A model generated the notes under the pieces. That model was given only the letters and a program-made list of their open reading frames with translations, had not been told where the DNA came from and did no database searches. A stretch of DNA of 42,054 nucleotides from a virus, in the IMG/VR virus record IMGVR_UViG_3300005515_000015. The stretch is one strand, 5' to 3'. The translations under genes and the position numbers were made by a program. Each line of letters starts with the position of its first letter. Position 1 is the stretch's first letter. This document shows, piece by piece, positions 1 to 6,749 of the stretch.

Positions 1-120
1 GAAACTGGCTCCCCGGGCCGGAGTTGGCTCCGATGGTAGGGCAAAGCCGAAGTTCATATATTTCAGTCTATTAGGTCCGGCATTCTAAAGTCACTCGTCG
101 CGTGATGTAACCAAAATGTA
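1..120. repeat. Left copy of exact 120-bp terminal direct repeat (attL, or circular-assembly overlap containing the attP region)
   Basis: Bases 1-120 read identical to 41935-42054. The repeat starts and ends exactly at the window edges. Confidence 0.95.
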
Positions 121-132
121 GTCCAAAAAGTA
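111..132 (+). promoter_or_regulatory. Two tandem CCAAAA(T/A)GTA motifs (candidate integrase arm-type sites)
   Basis: CCAAAATGTA at 111-120 and CCAAAAAGTA at 123-132. The same decamer family recurs three times at 41801-41832 next to int. Confidence 0.4.
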
Positions 133-215
133 TTCCGGTATGGCTCCTAGTGGGGGCGCGTTTTTTTGGGTGCGACCGGATGGCGCACCTGACGGCCTCG
201 GACGGAGGCGATTAT

Positions 216-401
216 TCAGTTTGAAGCGATCAGTTTGCGGATGCGGTCGACCGCTTTGCCGCGTTCCTTTGCGGCAAGATATTCGCGCTCCAGGCGGTCG
301 AGTAGAGGCTGCGCGATCGGGCCGCGTCGGTCGACGAGTTCGGCGCAGATTAGCAGCATTTTCTCGATGCGCTCGATCGGAATGTCGTGGGGGCTAGACA
401 T
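216..401 (-). CDS. Hypothetical protein, 61 aa (last gene of the leftward early operon)
   Basis: ATG at 401 preceded by GAGGAGG. The longer ORF-track extension is Arg/Pro-rich and overlaps the HNH gene. No recognisable domain. Confidence 0.6.
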   Translation of the reverse strand: MSSPHDIPIERIEKMLLICAELVDRRGPIAQPLLDRLEREYLAAKERGKAVDRIRKLIASN

Positions 402-763
402 TATGCCTCCTCGCATTCGAATGCCGTGCCGCCGAGCATGGCAGCGGCGCGCGCCTGGTCGCGGCGCTTCTGGTTCTGCTTGTGCGTTACCATCTCGGTA
501 TGTTCGGGGTCCGGATTGACGCAAAGGCGGTTGCGGCATTTGTGGTCGAGCTGCTTCTTGCCGGGAATGTAGCCGTGCTCGTTGGTCCACATGACCAGGT
601 GCACGGCGACCGTCTGGCCGCTCAAGTTCATGCGCGGATAGTTCTTTCCCCGGCCCTTGCTGCCCGATGTCGGGCCTTGCCATACCCAGCAGCCGGTTAC
701 GGGGTCGATAACGACCCTCGCCATGATCTTTTCGCGGATCTCGTCGCGGCGGGTCATCATCAT
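401..763 (-). CDS. HNH homing-type endonuclease (HNH_3/AP2-like), 120 aa
   Basis: GCWVWQG...GYIPGKKQLDHKCRNRLCVNPD...THKQN motif. ATG 763 with GGAGG RBS and ATGA overlap with the upstream gene. Confidence 0.8.
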   Translation of the reverse strand: MMMTRRDEIREKIMARVVIDPVTGCWVWQGPTSGSKGRGKNYPRMNLSGQTVAVHLVMWTNEHGYIPGKKQLDHKCRNRLCVNPDPEHTEMVTHKQNQKRRDQARAAAMLGGTAFECEEA

Positions 764-1287
764 CCGTGCCGCCTCCAAGCCTCGAAGTCGTTGACCAGAT
801 TGCGCCAGCGGGTCGCGGCGTCCTGGTTCTCGTCGAGCTCCCGACGGGAAGTGATGTTGAGGATGGAGCGGACCTTCGTGGCGGCGCGCTCTTTCGTGAG
901 GGGGCGCTGAAGGCCGTGACGTTCCTCGAGGAATTTCAAGAAAGCCGGCTCGACGCACTTCATCGCGCATTCGGCGGCGAACTGCTTGGGCTTCGGCTGC
1001 TGCGCAGAAAGTCTCTGGCGCAAGTCCCGGATCTCGTTGAAGGCGTACTGCAGCAGGAAGTCCATTGCGCGCATGTAGGTCGGCGCGTGCGTCATGATGC
1101 GGCGATCGTCATAGCTGCACGCCGGCAGGAGGTGGGCTATCGGCTCAACCTCTCCAGTCAACACGTCCTTGGCACAGATCTCTGCGCGGCCGCTCTCGAT
1201 CTCATAGGATTCGCACCACTCTTCGCTGGCGAGGCCGAGCAACTGGCGGGCGTCCTGATACTTCTGCTTCGCAAGCTCAAGATTCAT
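760..1287 (-). CDS. Hypothetical early protein, 175 aa
   Basis: Balanced amino-acid composition. ATGA start/stop overlaps on both sides. Confidence 0.7.
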   Translation of the reverse strand: MNLELAKQKYQDARQLLGLASEEWCESYEIESGRAEICAKDVLTGEVEPIAHLLPACSYDDRRIMTHAPTYMRAMDFLLQYAFNEIRDLRQRLSAQQPKPKQFAAECAMKCVEPAFLKFLEERHGLQRPLTKERAATKVRSILNITSRRELDENQDAATRWRNLVNDFEAWRRHG

Positions 1288-1841
1288 GGCTTGCCTCGGT
1301 TATCCCGAGCAGCGCACTCTGCACGGTAGCGCGCCTCTGCCTCCCCCTTCAGGCGCAGCCCGGTTGGGCAGGTGCAGTAGCCTTGCCATTCTCCATCGTC
1401 GGAGCCGCGGACTTCGCCGTGGTCGTAGCAGCCGTAGCAAAAGTCATCGTCTTCCTCGTCGCGGAAATCGAATGACTCCATCTCCTCAAGTTCGCGGGCG
1501 GCCTCCTCGCTCACTCGCTTGATGCATGCGCCGCAAACACGGTAGACGCGGCCGCACATGCCTTCTTCGTAATCTCTGGCGTCGCGGAGATCCTCGGCAT
1601 AGCCCTTGCACCACTCGCACTGCCCTTTGCGATGCTCCTGTGCCTCGTCGCAGCGCAGATATGCGCGGTACTCGTCGAGGCATTCCTGACACATATCGTG
1701 CAGCTCGCATCCGAAGGAGTCTGTTTCGCCTTGGATGCGCGCGATCGCCTGGCGGTCTGGGTGGTCGTCACACATCATGCCGTCCGGAACCTGATGTGAT
1801 GCGCCCGGAAGCGTCGAGATTGGGCCGGTGACTTCGCTCAT
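1284..1841 (-). CDS. Cysteine-rich (multiple CxxC) putative zinc-binding protein with acidic tail, 185 aa
   Basis: CQEC, CEWC, CGAC, CYGC and CTC motifs. Start at internal ATG 1841, which forms an ATGA overlap with the DUF5131 gene stop. Confidence 0.65.
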   Translation of the reverse strand: MSEVTGPISTLPGASHQVPDGMMCDDHPDRQAIARIQGETDSFGCELHDMCQECLDEYRAYLRCDEAQEHRKGQCEWCKGYAEDLRDARDYEEGMCGRVYRVCGACIKRVSEEAARELEEMESFDFRDEEDDDFCYGCYDHGEVRGSDDGEWQGYCTCPTGLRLKGEAEARYRAECAARDNRGKP

Positions 1842-2857
1842 TGGCGGATCTCCGGAAAGCCGTTGTGCTCCACACCATCGAGTAGGCGGCCGGCAGTTTT
1901 CTTTCCGACGTTTCGCATCGCGATGACGTTGCCGGCGTCGCTGGGGTACTGATCTAGCGTGCCGTGCGGATTGGCGATGAGTTCGCCTATTCGAGCCGTT
2001 GCCGGGTTCCAAAACTCAGTCAGCGTGATCTTCTTCGGTGCGAAGGCACCCCACTGCTTGAACAGGAACGGCACGCCGGCGATCGCGCACTGATCGCGGA
2101 GCGAGCGCGCCCAATCGGGATGCATCGGCCGGGCATCGGCGCCGCTCTCGCCGCCGGCGACGACCCAGTCAAGGGTTGCCAACAAATTGGCCTCTGCCGG
2201 TCCATCCCCGGCCCACATCGCATCGACGATGCTAATTGGCCCTAGCAGCGGCTCGGCGCTGATCCAGCGGATGGCGGCTGGGGTGTCGAGCAGGATCGGT
2301 AGGCGCTCGTCGGCGCGCTTCTGATCCTCGACTGAGACGCCGAGCCAGACATTCGGAAGCGGTCTGGCAAGGGCTTCGTGCGCGGTTTCGTAAACCCAGT
2401 CGGGCCGATCGCCGCCCCAGATCAGCGCGCCGTAACCAGCGATGAAGTCCCTGCGCTGCTCCATGCCGCGAATGTAATCGCGCATCCGATCGGGCCGCTT
2501 CGTCAGCACTTGGAATGTATGCTGGGGCGCTAGCGCCATCACGGCGAACACGTTGTCGATCCAGAGTTCGTTGACGCCTTCTGCGAACAAGTCGCCATGG
2601 GCGCAAACGAAGATCGCTCGTGGCTTTGTCCAGCGCAGGGGTTGGTCCAACCACTTCCTGTTGAACCGGATTTCGCCGGTCCAGACCGGGCCGGCCTTCG
2701 TGTTGCGCGTGAGGCCTTCACGGCTCGGGTGGTTCTTCAACCGCGTGCCGGCGAGCTTCATCGCATAGCAGTTGGTGCAGCCGGGGGAGACGACCGAGCA
2801 ACCGGTGATCGGGTTCCAAGTCGCGTCAGTCCATTCGATCGTGGTGCCATCAGCCAT
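1838..2857 (-). CDS. Phage Gp37/Gp68 family protein (DUF5131, three-Cys motif)
   Basis: N-terminus TIEWTDATWNPITGCSVVSPGCTNCYA is the hallmark of this family (C-x6-C-x2-C). Confidence 0.85.
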   Translation of the reverse strand: MADGTTIEWTDATWNPITGCSVVSPGCTNCYAMKLAGTRLKNHPSREGLTRNTKAGPVWTGEIRFNRKWLDQPLRWTKPRAIFVCAHGDLFAEGVNELWIDNVFAVMALAPQHTFQVLTKRPDRMRDYIRGMEQRRDFIAGYGALIWGGDRPDWVYETAHEALARPLPNVWLGVSVEDQKRADERLPILLDTPAAIRWISAEPLLGPISIVDAMWAGDGPAEANLLATLDWVVAGGESGADARPMHPDWARSLRDQCAIAGVPFLFKQWGAFAPKKITLTEFWNPATARIGELIANPHGTLDQYPSDAGNVIAMRNVGKKTAGRLLDGVEHNGFPEIRQ

Positions 2858-3095
2858 TGGCGCTCTCCGGATCGGGAAGGATGACGCCGCCGCTCTGGTT
2901 TACACAGGCAGCGATGAGGGTGGCGAGCGCGCTGACTTGGTCGTCAGGCTGGAAGCCGTTGCTATCGACGGTTAGGACGTCGCGACCATCGGCGTCGAGA
3001 ACAACGCCGCATTCGCTCTCTGACGGGCGGAGCGGGAGCTTCACGCCTTGTTCGAGGAAGGCCTGTTCGAGAGGCGGTGACGTGTTCTTGCTCAT
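2850..3095 (-). CDS. Hypothetical protein, 81 aa
   Basis: ORF coupled by an ATGA overlap to the upstream gene. No domain recognised. Confidence 0.6.
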   Translation of the reverse strand: MSKNTSPPLEQAFLEQGVKLPLRPSESECGVVLDADGRDVLTVDSNGFQPDDQVSALATLIAACVNQSGGVILPDPESANG

Positions 3096-3643
3096 CGCCG
3101 GAAAGCCCTCGGCGCGCGCCGAGCACCCATCGCGATGCTCTCCTCGATCCTCTGCATCGAAGCTTCGAAACGTCCGTCGGCGTCTGTCTCGATGGTGATC
3201 TTTACCTGCTGGGGATCGCCAAGAGCGGCAAGCACCTCGTCCGCTGAAATGCAGATGTGATGCGCCATCAGCGCCATCAGCTCGGGCTCTTCGCCGTCTC
3301 GCGTCCAGATGATCAGGCGCTTACCTCGGCCGGCAAACCAGCCGGCCTCAAGGTGCGCAGATCGGCCGCAGGGCAGCAGCAGGACGCACGTGTCGGCCCA
3401 CTCCATACCGCGAAAGTCGTTCATGTAACCGCGTGCGGCGATGGGGTGCGTCGTCAGCAGTTCGCGATAGCTGGCTGCGGACCAGCCCTGCCAATCCGGA
3501 TCGATCTCCGACCATGCGAAACCCTTGACGCCGTTGGGCGGGTTGCGGAAGTCGTAGACCTGGTGTCCGTTGGTGCGCAGCAGTTCGACGGCGGCGGGCT
3601 GATGCTCGTTGCGCCAGCTCGATGCGAGATAGATGCGGGCCAT
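3092..3643 (-). CDS. Nucleoside 2-deoxyribosyltransferase-like (DUF4406-like) protein, 183 aa
   Basis: IYLASSWRN...GHQVYDF...ADTCVLLLPCGRSAHLEAGWFAGRGKRLII. This is the Rossmannoid NDT-fold pattern common in phage early regions. Confidence 0.6.
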   Translation of the reverse strand: MARIYLASSWRNEHQPAAVELLRTNGHQVYDFRNPPNGVKGFAWSEIDPDWQGWSAASYRELLTTHPIAARGYMNDFRGMEWADTCVLLLPCGRSAHLEAGWFAGRGKRLIIWTRDGEEPELMALMAHHICISADEVLAALGDPQQVKITIETDADGRFEASMQRIEESIAMGARRAPRAFRR

Positions 3644-3798
3644 TATGCCTTCTCCCTGATCAGTTTGATTTTGCGGATCTCACCGGCCGCGATGCCGCGC
3701 GTCTCGGCGAGCTTGCGAGCGGCGATGGCGTCAGGCGCCTGGACGTCGATCGGCGCGGCGTCGGGATCTTGGAGGTGGATGCGGAAGGGCAGCGTCAT
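3643..3798 (-). CDS. Small hypothetical protein, 51 aa (below the ORF-track cut-off)
   Basis: Hand translation gives MTLPFRIHLQDPDAAPIDVQAPDAIAARKLAETRGIAAGEIRKIKLIREKA. ATG 3798 overlaps the upstream stop (ATGA) and its TAA overlaps the downstream ATG. RBS is GGGAGGG. Confidence 0.5.
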   Translation of the reverse strand: MTLPFRIHLQDPDAAPIDVQAPDAIAARKLAETRGIAAGEIRKIKLIREKA

Positions 3799-4148
3799 GC
3801 GGCCCTCCCGGCGCGCTCGTCGAGCGCCTTGACGTGCATGGTGATGCGCGGGAGCGAGATGGGGCGGACGTCATAGCCGCCTCGCTCGCCGCCCTGGCGC
3901 GCGAACACGACGACGCGGCGTTCATCTTCGCGGATGCCGCGCTTCTCAGATGCGCGCCACTGCTCGCAGCGGGCATAGACATAGTCGTGCATCACGTGAT
4001 CCATCACACCGAAGGTCTCAGCGAGGCGGACGATCGTCATGCCGGCAAGGAAGCCGGCGCGCACGGCGGGCTCCTTCAGCATGGCTGGCGAGTTGGACAG
4101 GCTGGCACGCGAGCGGCGAAGGCCGACGACGGGGTGAGACATCTTCAT
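3795..4148 (-). CDS. Hypothetical protein, 117 aa (possible HTH)
   Basis: Start ATG 4148 forms an ATGA overlap with the upstream stop. No confident domain. Confidence 0.55.
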   Translation of the reverse strand: MKMSHPVVGLRRSRASLSNSPAMLKEPAVRAGFLAGMTIVRLAETFGVMDHVMHDYVYARCEQWRASEKRGIREDERRVVVFARQGGERGGYDVRPISLPRITMHVKALDERAGRAA

Positions 4149-4357
4149 GCCAGCACTCCCACGGGCGCGAGCAGGCATGCATGCAGCTGGCCCATGTTGC
4201 GGGCCGGGTCCTGGTCGGGCTGGCGCTCGAAGTAGGCGTGGGCACTCTCGGCAATCGACAGGCAGCAGATCTCCTCGATCGGGCGGTCGAAGACTGCGGA
4301 GATGACGCGCAGCCGCTCTGCGGTCGCGCTATCGATATGAACGGTGATGTGAGACAT
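4145..4357 (-). CDS. Hypothetical protein, 70 aa
   Basis: Strong AGGAGGAACC RBS before ATG 4357. Confidence 0.65.
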   Translation of the reverse strand: MSHITVHIDSATAERLRVISAVFDRPIEEICCLSIAESAHAYFERQPDQDPARNMGQLHACLLAPVGVLA

Positions 4358-4382
4358 GGTTCCTCCTGAGGTCCGCCGGCCG

Positions 4383-4628
4383 TCAGCGGCCGGGCGCGAT
4401 GAAGAGATCGAAGAAGAGATCCTGCAGCAGCTCGCGGTCGATGCCGTTTGCGGCGGCTACCTCGCGAAACTCGCGGTTCGGGTGAACAAGGCACTCGATC
4501 AGGGCTTTGCGCTCGGCGTCGGTGACGTCGGCGTCGGCGAGCTGGCTGAGGACGAAATAGGCGCTGCGGCCGGGTGTGGCGCTGCGTGGTTCCGGTTTCG
4601 GAACGAGGGTGAGGGCGGGCGCAGTCAT
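4383..4628 (-). CDS. Hypothetical protein, 81 aa
   Basis: Internal ATG 4628 makes an ATGA overlap with the upstream membrane-protein gene. Confidence 0.55.
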   Translation of the reverse strand: MTAPALTLVPKPEPRSATPGRSAYFVLSQLADADVTDAERKALIECLVHPNREFREVAAANGIDRELLQDLFFDLFIAPGR

Positions 4629-4936
4629 CGACGGGCGTCCGAAGCGTACTGCCATTCCTTGCGCAGCACGGTGTCGCTGGCGAGGCCCGCGGCGAGCAGC
4701 ATGGACATGCAGAGCACGAGGATAGCGCAGGCGAGGAAGAAGCGGCTCGGGCAGGCTTCGAGCCGTGCCTTGTGATAGCCGGTAAAGCGATCGTTCATGA
4801 CCAGAAAGCTCCAGAGAATGACGAGATGAAGGGGGAGCGACGCGGCGATGCCGGCGAGCACGCCGCGCACGAACCAGACAGGCAAGTCGATTACAGGGGA
4901 CAGCTGCGGTTCGTGGCGGCGGGCTCTCCTCGCCAT
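4625..4936 (-). CDS. Small membrane protein, 103 aa (2-3 predicted TM segments)
   Basis: Hydrophobic stretches VWFVRGVLAGIAASLPLHLVILWSFLV and FFLACAILVLCMSMLLAAGLA. Confidence 0.6.
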   Translation of the reverse strand: MARRARRHEPQLSPVIDLPVWFVRGVLAGIAASLPLHLVILWSFLVMNDRFTGYHKARLEACPSRFFLACAILVLCMSMLLAAGLASDTVLRKEWQYASDARR

Positions 4937-4942
4937 GGCGCT

Positions 4943-5137
4943 TTACGCCGCCTGGGCCATGGCGGTGGCGAGTTCGGTGGCCTTCAGGCCGTGAACCCTC
5001 ACTTCTGCGGGGGTGAAGTCGGCGATCGTGATCAGGTCGCGATCGGTGCAGCAGCCGTGGTCGCGCGTGATTTCAAACATGGCCTTCGCCATGCGCCTGG
5101 TCGTGTTCTGGGTGTTCAGTCCGCCGTTCGGTTGCAT
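4943..5137 (-). CDS. First gene of the PL-like operon, 64 aa hypothetical (N position)
   Basis: ATG 5137 preceded by GGAGAG. The longer ORF extension covers a 12-bp-stem hairpin and is Arg/Pro-rich. Confidence 0.5.
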   Translation of the reverse strand: MQPNGGLNTQNTTRRMAKAMFEITRDHGCCTDRDLITIADFTPAEVRVHGLKATELATAMAQAA

Positions 5138-5174
5138 TGCGATCTCTCCACGTGGGGGTTGGTGAAAACCTCCC

Positions 5175-5214
5175 GGGCGGCGCGGAGACGCTGAACCTTT
5201 GATCCGCGCCGCCC
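5175..5214 (-). promoter_or_regulatory. Perfect 12-bp-stem hairpin in the PL-like leader
   Basis: GGGCGGCGCGGA (5175-5186) and TCCGCGCCGCCC (5203-5214) are exact reverse complements with a 16-nt loop. The hairpin lies between the predicted promoter and ATG 5137. Confidence 0.6.
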
Positions 5215-5234
5215 TTCGACGAGGAGGCACGGAA

Positions 5235-5263
5235 AAAGTTGCACTTTATGCAACTATCGTCAA
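5235..5263 (-). promoter_or_regulatory. PL-like promoter with embedded operator O1
   Basis: On the minus strand: TTGACG (5263-5258), 17-nt spacer, AACTTT (5240-5235). Palindrome AGTTGCA-CTTTA-TGCAACT (5237-5255) fills the spacer. Geometry is identical to the PR-like promoter. Confidence 0.6.
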
Positions 5264-5270
5264 CAAAAAT

Positions 5271-5312
5271 AGTTGCAAGTAATGCAACCACCTTGTTGCA
5301 CGGAATGCAGCA
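5271..5312. promoter_or_regulatory. Two further operator-like palindromes upstream of the PL-like promoter
   Basis: AGTTGCA-AGTAA-TGCAACC (5271-5289) and TGTTGCA-CGGAA-TGCAGCA (5294-5312). Confidence 0.55.
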
Positions 5313-5345
5313 AGATGGAATCAACCGATTAAAATTTGAGGATTG

Positions 5346-5588
5346 TCAGTCTTCGGAAGGCTTCGCGGGGATGCCGCGTGCGTCGAGCACTTCGTTCATC
5401 ACGCTTACGAGAAGGCTGCGCATATCGGCATCGCTCAGGGCACGCGTGAGTTGATCGTCGAATGTTGATTCGAGACGCGCGACAATCTCGGCGGTCATCG
5501 ACCGGCGATTGTCCTCGGCGGCTTGCGAGATCTGCGATCTCAAGGGCTCTGGCAGCCGCAAGCGAAATTGATGGTCCTCTCTGCTCAT
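5346..5588 (-). CDS. Arc/Mnt-type ribbon-helix-helix DNA-binding protein, 80 aa
   Basis: N-terminus FRLRLPEPLRSQISQAAEDNRRSMTAEIVARLE is the Arc-like RHH signature. Confidence 0.8.
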   Translation of the reverse strand: MSREDHQFRLRLPEPLRSQISQAAEDNRRSMTAEIVARLESTFDDQLTRALSDADMRSLLVSVMNEVLDARGIPAKPSED

Positions 5589-5676
5589 GGTGCACAGATG
5601 GCATAAATCAGGTTTGACCGATATGCCTCACGCATGCCACAGATGTTAGCCCCACGGTGGGGCATTGGAGGATGTG

Positions 5677-5838
5677 ATGGATGAAGTGAGAATGTCCGTC
5701 CGGCTGCCAAAGGATGTCGTCGACTTCCTCGGCCGGATGGCAAAGGAGAATTTCACGTCACGGAACGCTGAGGTTATCCGCTCGGTTCGCGAGCGGATGA
5801 AGCGGGTGCAAACGGGGGCGGACGAGGCTGCGGAGTAG
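5677..5838 (+). CDS. Small ribbon-helix-helix (Arc/CopG-like) protein, 53 aa (below the ORF-track cut-off)
   Basis: Hand translation gives MDEVRMSVRLPKDVVDFLGRMAKENFTSRNAEVIRSVRERMKRVQTGADEAAE. GGAGG lies 5 nt upstream. Divergent from the 80-aa RHH gene. Confidence 0.65.
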   Translation: MDEVRMSVRLPKDVVDFLGRMAKENFTSRNAEVIRSVRERMKRVQTGADEAAE

Positions 5839-5889
5839 GGCCTCTGGTTGTTCGCCCCTCCACATTGGGTTTTGCGTTGAGGGAACGGA

Positions 5890-6258
5890 ATGGTTGAGGC
5901 AGGAAAGGGTAGGGGTTTCGGGACGGCGAGAGAGGGAGGTGCCGCCTGCAGGATCTTTGATGGTGCAGAACCCTCCGCTAGCGGCCTTGCGGACCCGATC
6001 GTTACGGCGATCTCTGCCTACCTGGTTGCGATGGATGATTTCAGGCGGAATGCGCCTGAGGATGATGCCGGCGCTGACGCTTATGCGCTGGCGACCTACA
6101 GGCGGCCGCTGCGGGTGCTGGAGCGTTGGCGGCGTCCGGCTTCAACTCGGTCAGGTGCGCTGGCGGCGTTGCGGCTGGCGGTGGAGGCCGAAAAAGACGG
6201 GGCCTTTGACCTCGTTGGCCCGATGCTTCGGGCGGGGCTGGCGTACTTTGAGGAGTAG
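5890..6258 (+). CDS. Hypothetical protein, 122 aa (candidate antirepressor by position)
   Basis: Ala/Asp/Leu-rich natural composition, GAGGGAA RBS, immediately downstream of the 53-aa RHH gene. The overlapping +2 frame ORF is Arg/Trp-rich and looks spurious. Confidence 0.6.
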   Translation: MVEAGKGRGFGTAREGGAACRIFDGAEPSASGLADPIVTAISAYLVAMDDFRRNAPEDDAGADAYALATYRRPLRVLERWRRPASTRSGALAALRLAVEAEKDGAFDLVGPMLRAGLAYFEE

Positions 6259-6266
6259 CTGTCCGC

Positions 6267-6298
6267 AGCGCGCCGCCAATGGTGGCGCGCTTTCCTTT
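6267..6298. terminator. Bidirectional intrinsic terminator between convergent genes
   Basis: AGCGCGCC (6267-6274) pairs with GGCGCGCT (6284-6291), 9-nt loop, followed by TTCCTTT. Confidence 0.6.
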
Positions 6299-6308
6299 GA
6301 TTCGCGGC

Positions 6309-6665
6309 TTAACCGTTGGTTCCGGTCTTGCCATTTTCCTTGAAGAAGATGCGCAGCATCTCGATCGCGCGTTCGCGCTGGCTTTCCGATTTGTCCTGGA
6401 AGAACTTAAGCAGCCAGTCGTCTTCCGGATCTCGGAAGAGGCCATGGACGTCCGTACCGAAGAGTGCGGCCAGTCGCTCGAGATATTCCTGCTTGGGTAG
6501 AGTTCCGCTGAACCAGCGGGAAACAAGCCCCTTGTCGACGCCGAGTTCGCGGCCGACGTCCGCCTGGCTGAGGTTTCGCTTCTCCGCCCACTCCGGAATG
6601 TAGTGGATGCGAACCGGCGTCTTGTCTGAGTGGATGTGCTCAATGTTGTTCATAGAAACAACCAT
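6309..6665 (-). CDS. CI-like XRE-family HTH repressor, about 118 aa, no peptidase domain
   Basis: NLSQADVGRELGVDKGLVSRWFSG is an HTH_3 motif. Divergent from the Cro-like gene across an operator. First ATG at 6665 (alternatives: TTG 6704, ATG 6653). No S24 Ser/Lys motif. Confidence 0.8.
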   Translation of the reverse strand: MVVSMNNIEHIHSDKTPVRIHYIPEWAEKRNLSQADVGRELGVDKGLVSRWFSGTLPKQEYLERLAALFGTDVHGLFRDPEDDWLLKFFQDKSESQRERAIEMLRIFFKENGKTGTNG

Positions 6666-6713
6666 AGACTTTTCGTTAGATGATTTCGTTATGGCGGCGT
6701 GCAACTAGGTGGC

Positions 6714-6742
6714 TTGTCAAAAGTTGCAACTTATGCAACTAC
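6714..6742 (+). promoter_or_regulatory. PR-like promoter with embedded operator
   Basis: TTGTCA (6714-6719), then perfect palindrome AGTTGCA-ACTTA-TGCAACT (6722-6740), then AACTAC (6737-6742). The Cro-like ATG at 6750 has no SD, so the transcript is possibly leaderless. Confidence 0.6.
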
Positions 6743-6749
6743 TGACGCC

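Noticed and set aside
1-60. Possible tRNA or tmRNA 3' end in the terminal repeat (minus strand ends ...CCGGCCCGGGGAGCCA)
   Set aside because: When the CCA is aligned, the putative T-stem positions do not pair (only 1-2 of 5), and the only hairpin has a 4-nt loop. There is no acceptable T-arm.
5894-6343. 149-aa ORF in an alternative frame to the 122-aa gene
   Set aside because: Arg/Trp/Gly-rich composition. It extends through the bidirectional terminator and into the convergent repressor gene.
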